From the NCBI GenBank assembly GCA_039680295.1, contig JBDKTF010000538.1, positions 1 to 30,829 of the forward strand: a stretch of 30,829 bases of DNA. Reading direction: 5' to 3'. Positions within the stretch are counted from its first letter, which is position 1, and every line of letters begins with the position of its first letter. The position numbers and the translations under genes are program-made. The notes beneath the pieces are model-generated. The model had not been told where the DNA came from and did not search any database. It saw only the letters and a program-made list of their open reading frames with translations. The stretch comes from Anaerolineaceae bacterium. Lineage in GTDB: Bacteria > Chloroflexota > Anaerolineae > Anaerolineales > Anaerolineaceae. This document shows positions 16,885 to 25,276 of this stretch, in pieces.

Positions 16885-19227
16885 TTATTCATCGCCAACC
16901 AGCGATTGCCGGTTGCGGCTGATGACCATAACCACCCGAGGATCAGATGTGCGGAATGATCTCGGTTCTTCTTCAACGAACAGGAACGGTTCTCTCTCCC
17001 GGACAGCGCGAACCGCGTCATTGAATTTATATTTTCCAATAATAAATTCCACACCCCGCAGACCCTCCACCACAATGTCGCAGCGCAACGCATTGCTTCC
17101 GACCTTAAGATTACTGATATGTTTATTCTGACCAAGAGTAAACAGGTCTACAGGTTCAGAGAGCGGTTTTCCATCATGAAGGATCAACAGGAATGCATGG
17201 GGCGGCTGCACCACCGAACGGACTTTAAACCGCGGCCAGAACACCCATCGAATTGCGATCAAAAGGGCAATTCCCAGGAAGATCAAGATCACCTTCCACG
17301 CCTTCGGACAACCTGTTGGCGCTCCCAACCCCGGGATATTGGGACATTGATCGACCGGATTATCGACACCATCATGATCCGAATCGGGCACTGCCGTTGG
17401 GACAGAAGATACGATGGGCGTCGCCGAAGGAATGGGTGTTGGCGTACAAACAGCCGGATTAATTTGAACTTTCGCGTCTTTGCTGATGTCTGGCAATGAA
17501 AGATTATCCAACCCCTGACCCAACATCTGGACCGAGATTTCCACCGTTTGTGAGGCGGTACAGGTTGCTTCGGTTAACAACGTCTGGCAAATCGCGGTGA
17601 TATCCCCAGAATAAGCGCCTTCATCCCGCTTGTCCAGTTCAATCACATGGTCACCCGAAACCACCTGAACTCTCAATTCGCTTTCCGCCTGGATCGCATC
17701 ATAATCGCCCACACCCACCCGAATATTTGTTTTCCAGTTTGGCTCACAAATCAATGGAGAAGGCGCAATCGATCGAATATACGGAATGCGTCCCATATTA
17801 AGGATCAATCGCGAACTGGCAATCGGGGCGCTGTTCGGGTTTTCCAGATCCGATAATCCGGCTTTTAGAATAACAACAAACCGTCCCGGCAGATCGGCAA
17901 TATCTGGATAGATCTGCGTGGGATCAAAACGCAAATTATAGACGCCGTCAGGACCCGGCAGTAGATTGGTTGCACCGCTCAATGGGGATTGTTTTCCGGT
18001 GGGGTCGATGATTTCAGCCCGGATCACTTGCGGATCAGTGATCACTCTCATTTCGTCATCAACCAGGCTGAAACGAATATTTACCCCCAGAGTTGGATTC
18101 AATCGCTCCACGACCTGAGACACATTCAACACATCCGTGGGCGCAGCAGCCGGATCGATAAAGGAAATCTGGTAGGACCCTTCCCGATCAACCAGGACGG
18201 TCACATCACTATCTGTCATTAATGTCCAATTTTGACCCTTTAAATCTTCTGCAAGCCGCGGAGCGGTAATTGAGATCACATCCACCGGGTTCTGTTCACC
18301 GTGAAAAACATTGACCCCTTCTTCGTCAGTCTTTACCTGATTCTCCTTTGGATCCATGATGGATGTTTCAACGCCGCTTTGCCCACTCTTCCGAATGACC
18401 GTAATAATGACTTTTTGTACATAATCGCTGACGAAAAAGGTAAATTTCTTCCCCGCCTTCAAACTGCTGCCGCTTGACGGCACCGTATTCTGCAATTGGG
18501 CAATGATGGTGTTGTAGGTCTCTTCAATTTGATTCGCAGATTGAATGGAGTAAACAAAGAGATTATTGTTTCGCGCCTGAAGCTTTTTCCAAAAATCAAT
18601 ATACTCCGCGTAATCACTGGTGGGCGATTGCGGATTTTGCAATAGCATCATGAACAATGGGATATCCGAATGAGCATCGATCAGTTTCTCAATATCCGTC
18701 TGACTCTGTCCCTCCGCAGGCCAGGGAACACCATCCGTAATCACCACCATTGCAGGCAGGTTATTTTTCCGTCGATTGGGTGAATCCGCGAATTGCTGAT
18801 ATGCGAATTCCAGAGCCGGTACAATTTGGGTGGCGCTTTCTGGGTTGGGATCGGCAATCTTTTTTGCGATTTCATCGCGAATACCCATCAGAGGTTGCAG
18901 CGGAATGATCTCGGTGGTTTTTGCGCCAAATCCGATCACCCCCACCTGGTACTCAGCCTCATTCTCCGCTCCAAAGCCCAAACGCGCCGCGAAAAGATCC
19001 ACACCGGTAATGCGCAAGTAATCAGGATCGCTGCCATAAGAATCGCAGGACGGCAGCAATCGATTGGCAGGGAACATACTACAGGAGTTATCAATTAACA
19101 GCATTAAATCGATCGCCCGGTTGGTTTCTCCGGACTGTGCAGACACATCTTGTACCGGTGCAGAAGAAATAAATACGGTACAAATTAAAATGATCGACAG
19201 CCAGCGTAAAAGGTTATTCTTGTGCAT
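16885..19227 (-). CDS. Single-pass membrane protein: signal peptide, VWA domain, Ig-like region, PT linker, TSP3-like Ca-binding motif, TM helix and short cytoplasmic domain
   Basis: LLIDNSCSM (MIDAS DxSxS), T in ATQIVPAL, VITDG; CTPTPIPSATP linker; DSDHDGVDNPVDQCP; hydrophobic VILIFLGIALLIAI. Confidence 0.8.
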   Translation of the reverse strand: MHKNNLLRWLSIILICTVFISSAPVQDVSAQSGETNRAIDLMLLIDNSCSMFPANRLLPSCDSYGSDPDYLRITGVDLFAARLGFGAENEAEYQVGVIGFGAKTTEIIPLQPLMGIRDEIAKKIADPNPESATQIVPALEFAYQQFADSPNRRKNNLPAMVVITDGVPWPAEGQSQTDIEKLIDAHSDIPLFMMLLQNPQSPTSDYAEYIDFWKKLQARNNNLFVYSIQSANQIEETYNTIIAQLQNTVPSSGSSLKAGKKFTFFVSDYVQKVIITVIRKSGQSGVETSIMDPKENQVKTDEEGVNVFHGEQNPVDVISITAPRLAEDLKGQNWTLMTDSDVTVLVDREGSYQISFIDPAAAPTDVLNVSQVVERLNPTLGVNIRFSLVDDEMRVITDPQVIRAEIIDPTGKQSPLSGATNLLPGPDGVYNLRFDPTQIYPDIADLPGRFVVILKAGLSDLENPNSAPIASSRLILNMGRIPYIRSIAPSPLICEPNWKTNIRVGVGDYDAIQAESELRVQVVSGDHVIELDKRDEGAYSGDITAICQTLLTEATCTASQTVEISVQMLGQGLDNLSLPDISKDAKVQINPAVCTPTPIPSATPIVSSVPTAVPDSDHDGVDNPVDQCPNIPGLGAPTGCPKAWKVILIFLGIALLIAIRWVFWPRFKVRSVVQPPHAFLLILHDGKPLSEPVDLFTLGQNKHISNLKVGSNALRCDIVVEGLRGVEFIIGKYKFNDAVRAVREREPFLFVEEEPRSFRTSDPRVVMVISRNRQSLVGDE

Positions 19228-19416
19228 GAATGCGCCCCTGCATTCTCAAACCATCAGGATTGATTTTTGTTCGAACTGAATACTCTAAATAACCATTATA
19301 TATGAATATTCGAACAAACCATGTTGTTTTGATACCCAATCATTATAATTAAATTGGTTGATCGTGATCCCTTTGTATTTTTCGAATCGCATTGCGGCAT
19401 GACAGGAGACCAGCCA

Positions 19417-20922
19417 ATGAAAGGTCGCAATCCGTTTTTCCTGATCACCGGGATGATTTTGATGCTTGCCGGATGTTCCACGCCTGCGCCAACCATCTCC
19501 ACATCAACCCCGGCAGCGCTTTCGACCGTTCATCCGATGGAAGTTACAACCGCCTCGCAAATATTTCCCAATCCATTGCTGGATAAATTTGAAGAGGAGG
19601 GAAATTCTTACCCGCAAGCCACCCGTTATCAGCTCTCCTGGCAGGTTTCACCCGCAGAAAGTACGCTTCATGGAGAAGAATCCATCCAATATACCAATAC
19701 AGAAACAGTCTCCCTGACAGATTTTTACTTGCGGCTGTTCCCCAATACATCGTTCATGGGCGGGGAAATGATCGTAAGCGACCTCACAGTCAACAATATT
19801 CCCGTAGATGCCGAACTACGATTGGAAAACAGTGCGCTCTGGTTTCCTCTCGATCCTCCCCTCAAACCGGGTGAAACGCTCTCGATCACATTGACCTACG
19901 ATGTTTCCATTCCCACAGATAATTCCGCGGGATACGGCGAACTGGCAAATATGAATGGAATTCTCTCCCTTTCAAACACTTACGCATTCGTTCCGGTTTA
20001 CGATGATCAGGGATGGAATGTCGAAGTCGCACCGATGATTGGCGACCCGGTGTATGCAGACATTTCCTTCTTTCAGGTGGATATTCAGACCGATCCGCAG
20101 CAGCAGGTGGTCGCTTCTGGTTCATGTGAATTGCTTTCCAGGGGGCATTGGGGTTGTGCCGCGGGTCCGGTGCGAGATTTTATTGCCGTACTCAGCAATA
20201 AATTTGAGATGGAAACGGACCAGATCGACGACATAACCGTTCAAAGCAGTTTCCTGCCCGGTGAACGCGCCGGCGGTGAAACCGCATTGACCACCGCGCT
20301 TGCCGCAGTCGCAATCTTCAATGATCTTTTCGGAGAATATCCATTCCGTGAACTGGATGTGGTCGAGACCCCCAATCTCGCCAGCGGCATTGAATATCCC
20401 GGTATGGTGGTTCTGGCGGATCGGATATACACTGATGAAAATGTACTCGAAGCGGTGACCGTTCACGAAGTGGCGCACCAATGGTGGTATAACCTGGTCG
20501 GCAACGACCAGGTGGATCATCCCTGGCTGGATGAAGCGCTTGCGCAGTACACCACAATACTGTATTACGAAAAACGATACGGAGAGTCTGTTGCCTCAGA
20601 ACTGAAAGAGATCCTTCTCCAGAGCCGGTATCAAACTGTCCGAGGAACCGCTGACGATCTGCCGGCAGGTCTGCCTGTTCGAGCCTATTCTGAACGCCAA
20701 TACTCACCAAGTGTTTATGCCAGAGGTGGATTGTATTTTGACGCTCTCCGGAAAGAAATCGGAGATGCAGCTTTCTTCGATTTCCTGCGTGAATACTCCT
20801 CCCGCCACCGCTACGGAATCGCAACCCCCGAATCGTTTTTGGATACACTGGAAGATATCAGCGGCAGCCGTCATGAAAATCTTTACCGTCAATGGATCAC
20901 CGGCGAAGACACGCTTCCTTGA
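19417..20922 (+). CDS. M1-family zinc aminopeptidase, predicted lipoprotein
   Basis: Lipobox LAG-C, GIEYPG, HEVAHQWW plus WLDEA (HExxH-18x-E), VYARGG. Start placed at ATG 19417 (CAGGAG RBS). Confidence 0.9.
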   Translation: MKGRNPFFLITGMILMLAGCSTPAPTISTSTPAALSTVHPMEVTTASQIFPNPLLDKFEEEGNSYPQATRYQLSWQVSPAESTLHGEESIQYTNTETVSLTDFYLRLFPNTSFMGGEMIVSDLTVNNIPVDAELRLENSALWFPLDPPLKPGETLSITLTYDVSIPTDNSAGYGELANMNGILSLSNTYAFVPVYDDQGWNVEVAPMIGDPVYADISFFQVDIQTDPQQQVVASGSCELLSRGHWGCAAGPVRDFIAVLSNKFEMETDQIDDITVQSSFLPGERAGGETALTTALAAVAIFNDLFGEYPFRELDVVETPNLASGIEYPGMVVLADRIYTDENVLEAVTVHEVAHQWWYNLVGNDQVDHPWLDEALAQYTTILYYEKRYGESVASELKEILLQSRYQTVRGTADDLPAGLPVRAYSERQYSPSVYARGGLYFDALRKEIGDAAFFDFLREYSSRHRYGIATPESFLDTLEDISGSRHENLYRQWITGEDTLP

Positions 20923-20947
20923 CGAAAGCGGTGCCCTCAGATATACT
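20919..20947 (+). promoter_or_regulatory. Sigma70 promoter for rplY
   Basis: TTGACG-17 nt-TATACT; the -35 overlaps the peptidase stop codon. Confidence 0.8.
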
Positions 20948-20975
20948 AAACAGTCCGTCGGGTTTTGATACGTTT

Positions 20976-21105
20976 TAGGCTGTGTAGCGGATATCTACCT
21001 GCCTGATCATAAATGGATCACCCATCGGAAACAATATTCACCGGCGCAAGCCGATTTACACGCAAAAGAGCGAAGGTAACCCGATATCCGGGGTGAGAGG
21101 CGCTC
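20976..21105 (+). ncRNA. Candidate structured cis-regulatory 5' leader of rplY (5S loop E-like hairpin plus kissing loops)
   Basis: Hairpin 20976-21005 with loop CGGAUAU; GNRA hairpin CGGC-GCAA-GCCG at 21042-21053; hairpin 21068-21105 with a 6x6 purine-rich internal loop and a terminal loop containing AUAUCCG. Folded by eye. Confidence 0.55.
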
Positions 21106-21119
21106 GAAGGATGGATAAG

Positions 21120-21761
21120 ATGGAAAAAATTGTTCTTCATGCCACACACCGCTCCGTCACCGGTAAAAAAGTTGGCGTTTTACGCCGTGAAGGCAAGCTT
21201 CCGGGTGTGCTTTACGGTCACCACATTGACCCAACCCCCATCACGCTGAACCTGCGCGAAGCCACCAAAGTGCTGTCCTCCCTTACAGGATCCAGTCTGG
21301 TGACCGTTGACGTGGAAGGTAAAGAATTTGCCGCACTGGTGCGTGAAAAGCAGCGCAACTACATCAAGAACATTCTGCTGCATGTTGACTTCCAGGCAGT
21401 TTCACTGACCGAAAAGATCCGCACCGCCGTCAGCATCGAGATGGTAGGCAACTCTCCCGCAGTCAAGGATTACAACGGTATCATCGTCCAGAGCCTGTCC
21501 GAACTCGAAGTGGAATCCCTGCCGCAGGATCTGCCCGAACGCATCGTGGTGGATATCTCCTCCCTCAAGGAAATTGGTTCCAGCATTCTGGTGAAGGATA
21601 TTGTCTTTTCTGATAAAGTTCAGGTGCTCACCGATGGTGCTGAGGTGGTCGTTGTGATCACTGCCGCGAAGGAAGAAGCAGAGGTCGAAGCAGCCGCTGC
21701 CGCCGAACCCGAAGTGATCGAAAAAGGCAAGAAGGAAGAAGAAGAGGCACAAACCAAGTAA
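21120..21761 (+). CDS. rplY: 50S ribosomal protein bL25 / general stress protein Ctc (long form)
   Basis: LRREGKLPGVLYG, LHVDFQ and an acidic C-terminal tail. Start placed at ATG 21120 (AAGGA 8 nt upstream); ATG 21111 is an alternative. Confidence 0.95.
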   Translation: MEKIVLHATHRSVTGKKVGVLRREGKLPGVLYGHHIDPTPITLNLREATKVLSSLTGSSLVTVDVEGKEFAALVREKQRNYIKNILLHVDFQAVSLTEKIRTAVSIEMVGNSPAVKDYNGIIVQSLSELEVESLPQDLPERIVVDISSLKEIGSSILVKDIVFSDKVQVLTDGAEVVVVITAAKEEAEVEAAAAAEPEVIEKGKKEEEEAQTK

Positions 21762-21790
21762 TTGGTTTTTCTTCGATCCGAATGACGATC

Positions 21791-21820
21791 AAGCACCGCA
21801 GATTACAATCTGCGGTGCTT
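21791..21820. terminator. Bidirectional terminator between rplY and the Nudix gene
   Basis: 13-bp perfect stem AAGCACCGCAGAT/ATCTGCGGTGCTT between convergent genes. Confidence 0.85.
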
Positions 21821-21840
21821 TCGTTTAACCAGATTTATAT

Positions 21841-22440
21841 TTATTGCAGCAGGGCATCGATCAGGCGTACGGTCAATGCGGCGCTGGCGCCCCACAGTAC
21901 TTCACCGTCATAAGGCTGGTAGTAAATGACCTTATGCCATTTCTGATGATAGTGGTCCCGCACTTCGCGATTTGCGGGATTCGCCAGCCAGCGCAGAGGG
22001 ATGGTAAATATCCGCGAGACTTCCGCCGGTTCGGCTTTCAACGCCAATTGCGCGGGAATCGTACCCACATAAGCGTCAATTTGAAAGTGCGTGATCAATT
22101 TCATTTTTCCCAGGCTGCCCAGAATCCGAATTTCTGGAATGGGCGCCCCGATCTCTTCATGCGTCTCACGCAGTGCGGTCATCTCCAACGAGGCATCGGT
22201 TGCTTCCCAGCTTCCACCCGGAAAAGCCACCTGTCCTTTGTGGTCTTGAACGGTCTCAGTACGGCGAATGAATAACAACTGCCATTCGCCCTCCTGACGG
22301 AGAAGCGGCATCAGAACGGCTGCCGGTCGATAGGATTCTCCCTCCATCTCCAGAACCAGAGGATCAGGTTCCAGACTCCGCAGTCGATCGCGGATTTGCT
22401 CTTCTGAGAGGTCATCCAACCTATCGATCTGATATCCCAT
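21841..22440 (-). CDS. Nudix hydrolase, CoA pyrophosphatase subfamily
   Basis: AAVLMPL, H.GQVAFPGG (NuCoA motif), TALRETHEEIG Nudix box, LWGASA. Start placed at ATG 22440, directly after the trmI stop. Confidence 0.88.
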   Translation of the reverse strand: MGYQIDRLDDLSEEQIRDRLRSLEPDPLVLEMEGESYRPAAVLMPLLRQEGEWQLLFIRRTETVQDHKGQVAFPGGSWEATDASLEMTALRETHEEIGAPIPEIRILGSLGKMKLITHFQIDAYVGTIPAQLALKAEPAEVSRIFTIPLRWLANPANREVRDHYHQKWHKVIYYQPYDGEVLWGASAALTVRLIDALLQ

Positions 22441-22441
22441 T

Positions 22442-23296
22442 TCACCGTCCTGTATCATCCGGGTCCAAACCGCCTTCTTCATAAAGTGCTTCGGATTCTG
22501 GAGAATCCGCCAGAATCACCGGGCGCCCAAAGATGAGAAAACCCGTATGCGCCACCATGCGGTCTGCCGGGCGGAATCGTTCTGGTTCCGCCTTGTAATA
22601 CCGCAACAACACTTCCACCACATCGATAAAAGCGAATTGTTCACGCCGTAACGCGTGCAGCAGCAGTATGACCTGATTGGTCGTTGGAAGAATGCTCCCG
22701 AAAAAACCACCCGGCTTCAACGCAGCACGCACCTGCGCGGTGTAATCGTATGGATTGGGAACATCCAGAAAAAGCGCATCCACATTGGTCTCATCAAATC
22801 CATCTCCAATGTTCTTCAATTTAAATGTCACCCGATCAGCCAATCCCAATCGTTCGAGATTGGTCATCGCCAGTTTCTGAAATTCTGGTCGCTGCTCATA
22901 CGAAGTGACACGCCCTTCTGTTCCCACAGAAAACGCCAGCGCTGTCGTCATGGCGCCAGAGCCTGTACCTGCTTCCAACACATGCTGTCCCGGACCAACC
23001 CCGAGACGCAATAGAAGGTATCCAATGTCCTTGGGATAGAGAATCTGCGTATTCCGCGGTGTACTGCGCAGCACATCACCCAATGAGGGCTGCAGCAGGA
23101 AAAACGGGCTGCCCATGTGGCTGAACACCTGGCTACCCCAGGGCTTTCCGATCAGATCGTCATGTTTTAGTATTCCCCGGTGAGATTCAAACACTGCTCC
23201 GGGTTTAAGGGTAATAATAAAATGCTTATGGCGAAGTCCGACCAACTCCGCCAGATCGCCTGCCTGCGCGTTTGTTCCATGAAGATTCCAGGTCAA
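22442..23296 (-). CDS. trmI: tRNA (adenine(58)-N1)-methyltransferase
   Basis: LIGKPWG, TQILYPKD, VLEAGTGSG, FLDVPNP, HTGFL; TTG start with GGAG RBS. Confidence 0.93.
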   Translation of the reverse strand: MTWNLHGTNAQAGDLAELVGLRHKHFIITLKPGAVFESHRGILKHDDLIGKPWGSQVFSHMGSPFFLLQPSLGDVLRSTPRNTQILYPKDIGYLLLRLGVGPGQHVLEAGTGSGAMTTALAFSVGTEGRVTSYEQRPEFQKLAMTNLERLGLADRVTFKLKNIGDGFDETNVDALFLDVPNPYDYTAQVRAALKPGGFFGSILPTTNQVILLLHALRREQFAFIDVVEVLLRYYKAEPERFRPADRMVAHTGFLIFGRPVILADSPESEALYEEGGLDPDDTGR

Positions 23297-23416
23297 GGGT
23301 ATGCTCCAATCCGTTCAGATTGTTTGTATTTTACCCGGTTTGACGGATTTCCGGTAAAAATGGACGATGTATGGTTGAATAATCCATATCTGGAGAAAAA
23401 TTCAATAATTAAGGTC

Positions 23417-23446
23417 TTGACAAAAAATTGAAAGCCAGATTAAAAT
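23417..23446 (+). promoter_or_regulatory. Sigma70 promoter for the cold-shock gene
   Basis: TTGACA-18 nt-TAAAAT with an AT-rich upstream tract; implies a 5' UTR of about 170 nt. Confidence 0.7.
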
Positions 23447-23625
23447 ACGCTTCAGGCGTATGGCACGAGTGTTCTCCATATAAACAACGAAAAGGTCAAA
23501 CCAGGATACCAGGTTAAGACCTATTTTTGGTTGTCTCTCTGGGCAGTGTTGCACGGACCTTGCAGGATCACATCGATGCCATCCATTAAATCTCTCTTCT
23601 TTCTACATTCAGGAGTCAAAAAGAA

Positions 23626-23835
23626 ATGAACGAACGCGTTACTGGCACGGTTAAATGGTTCAATACCAGCAAGGGCTACGGATTCATTCAGCGCCCCGGT
23701 GGTCCGGATGTCTTTGTCCACTATTCCGCTATTCAGGCTGATGGTTTCCGCAATCTCACCGAAGGTCAGAAAGTGGAATTCACGATTGAAAAAGGTCCCA
23801 AAGGTTTGCAGGCTGCCCAGGTCACCCTTCTCTAA
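23626..23835 (+). CDS. cspA: Cold-shock protein (CspA family)
   Basis: GTVKWFN, KGYGFI (RNP-1), DVFVHYS (RNP-2); CAGGAG RBS. The symbol is family-level only. Confidence 0.96.
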   Translation: MNERVTGTVKWFNTSKGYGFIQRPGGPDVFVHYSAIQADGFRNLTEGQKVEFTIEKGPKGLQAAQVTLL

Positions 23836-23856
23836 TTATTATTCCTTGTGAATATC

Positions 23857-23894
23857 AAAAACGTCCCGGATGGTATCGCCGGGACGTTTTTTTT
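23857..23894. terminator. Bidirectional intrinsic terminator
   Basis: AAAAACGTCCCGG / CCGGGACGTTTTT stem followed by a T run; lies between convergent genes. Confidence 0.9.
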
Positions 23895-23909
23895 ATTAAA
23901 CAACAGGGT

Positions 23910-24179
23910 TCATTTTTGTTGAATCTGAACCAGACTCAACCAGTATCCCACCCCCAGGAACAATAAACTTCCCAGCACCCCCATACCTGCGTGCAGCGAG
24001 CCCAGACTTAAGAACGTCCAATTCAGCGCATTCGCCAAAAGTTGTCCGGCGATAAAACCAATCCAGCTCAGGAACAGATAAAAAAGCAGGCGGATCAGGC
24101 TGCCCCCCCGCCACATATGGAATAATCCACCCACGAATGTGGCAAGCACTGCACCAAATACCCAGGCTGTAAAATTCAT
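23910..24179 (-). CDS. Small hypothetical membrane protein (about 3 TM segments)
   Basis: Almost entirely hydrophobic and Gly-rich; GAGGGAG RBS; co-oriented 23 nt after mnmA. Confidence 0.75.
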   Translation of the reverse strand: MNFTAWVFGAVLATFVGGLFHMWRGGSLIRLLFYLFLSWIGFIAGQLLANALNWTFLSLGSLHAGMGVLGSLLFLGVGYWLSLVQIQQK

Positions 24180-24202
24180 TGATCTCTCCCTCTACGGATG
24201 TC

Positions 24203-25276
24203 TTATTCGATCGTTCCGCCGCCCAGGCAGACATCACCCTGATAAAAAACCGCACGTTGTCCGGGGGTAATATCCCGCGCCGGTGTATCCAATTCCACAC
24301 GTGCACGGTCTCCATCCATCAGATGAACCCATGCCGGTAATTCCACCGCTTTGTAGCGGATCTTCACCGTCACGCGCAGCGATACATCCGGGGTCTGACC
24401 GCTCACCCAATTCATCTGATTTGCGGTCAAAAACCTGCCGCCCAGATCGGTGACTGCGCCAACCCGCAGTGTATTGGTTGCAAGGTCCTTACCAATCACA
24501 TAAAGCGGCGTCAGAGAAGGTACACCCAACCCCTTGCGCTGACCAATTGTATAATTTGCCAGCCCTTGATGTTCGCCCAGCACAATTCCCTGCGCGTTGA
24601 CAATGGGTCCGGGCACGACCTGCCCGGGAGCCTGATCGCGCAAAAAACGCCGATAATCACCATCTGCGAGGAAACAAAGATCCTGACTTTCAGGGCGCTC
24701 AGCCACCGGCAGATTAAAATCGCGCGCAAGCTGCCGCACTTCGGGTTTGGTCATTTCACCCAATGGGTAAAGAGTGTGCCGAAGCTGATTCTGATTCAAC
24801 ACAGAGAGCACGTAAGATTGATCTTTGCGTTCGTCCAGCCCTTTAAGCAGCTCTACGGAGCCTTCCGTTGTGCGGCGGATCCGCGCATAATGACCGGTTG
24901 CCAGATAATCGGCGCCCATTGCCCTTGCATGATCCAATAAAAAGCCCCACCGTACCTTGCAGTTGCACAACAGGCAGGGATTGGGCGTCACCCCACGCAC
25001 ATACTCCTGAATGAAAGGGTCTACAACTTCATGCCGGAACAGATCGCGCGCATCCAGCGCATAGAAGGGAATACCGATCAGCGCGGCGATACGCCTCGCC
25101 TGTGCCATGGCATCAGGTGTACAGCAGCGGTTGTCACCCGCGGTGCCTTCTTCGCTCCACAAACGGAGCATCATGCCGGTCACATCATATCCTTGCTGAA
25201 CCAACAGCGCCGCTGCAACCGAACTATCCACACCACCGCTCATGGCGATGACGACCTTTCGACCGGTATCAGCCAT
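24203..25276 (-). CDS. mnmA: tRNA 2-thiouridine(34) synthase
   Basis: AMSGGVDSS, TPNPCLLCN, ATGHYAR, KDQSYVL, ESQDLCF, TIGQRKGLG, TPGQ. Start placed at ATG 25276 (ATGGCTGA overlap with the desulfurase stop). Confidence 0.96.
   Translation of the reverse strand: MADTGRKVVIAMSGGVDSSVAAALLVQQGYDVTGMMLRLWSEEGTAGDNRCCTPDAMAQARRIAALIGIPFYALDARDLFRHEVVDPFIQEYVRGVTPNPCLLCNCKVRWGFLLDHARAMGADYLATGHYARIRRTTEGSVELLKGLDERKDQSYVLSVLNQNQLRHTLYPLGEMTKPEVRQLARDFNLPVAERPESQDLCFLADGDYRRFLRDQAPGQVVPGPIVNAQGIVLGEHQGLANYTIGQRKGLGVPSLTPLYVIGKDLATNTLRVGAVTDLGGRFLTANQMNWVSGQTPDVSLRVTVKIRYKAVELPAWVHLMDGDRARVELDTPARDITPGQRAVFYQGDVCLGGGTIE

Noticed and set aside
19266-19318. LexA (Cheo) boxes at the GAAC/GTTC-rich sites here and near 26545
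   Set aside because: None has the GAAC-N4-GTTC spacing.
20954-21110. Known metabolite riboswitch, T-box, SRP or 6S RNA in the rplY leader
   Set aside because: I could not find the conserved cores of SAM-I, TPP, FMN, glycine, lysine, purine, c-di-AMP, T-box or SRP RNAs, and there is no end-to-end rod as in 6S. This was by eye, so an Rfam search is still needed.
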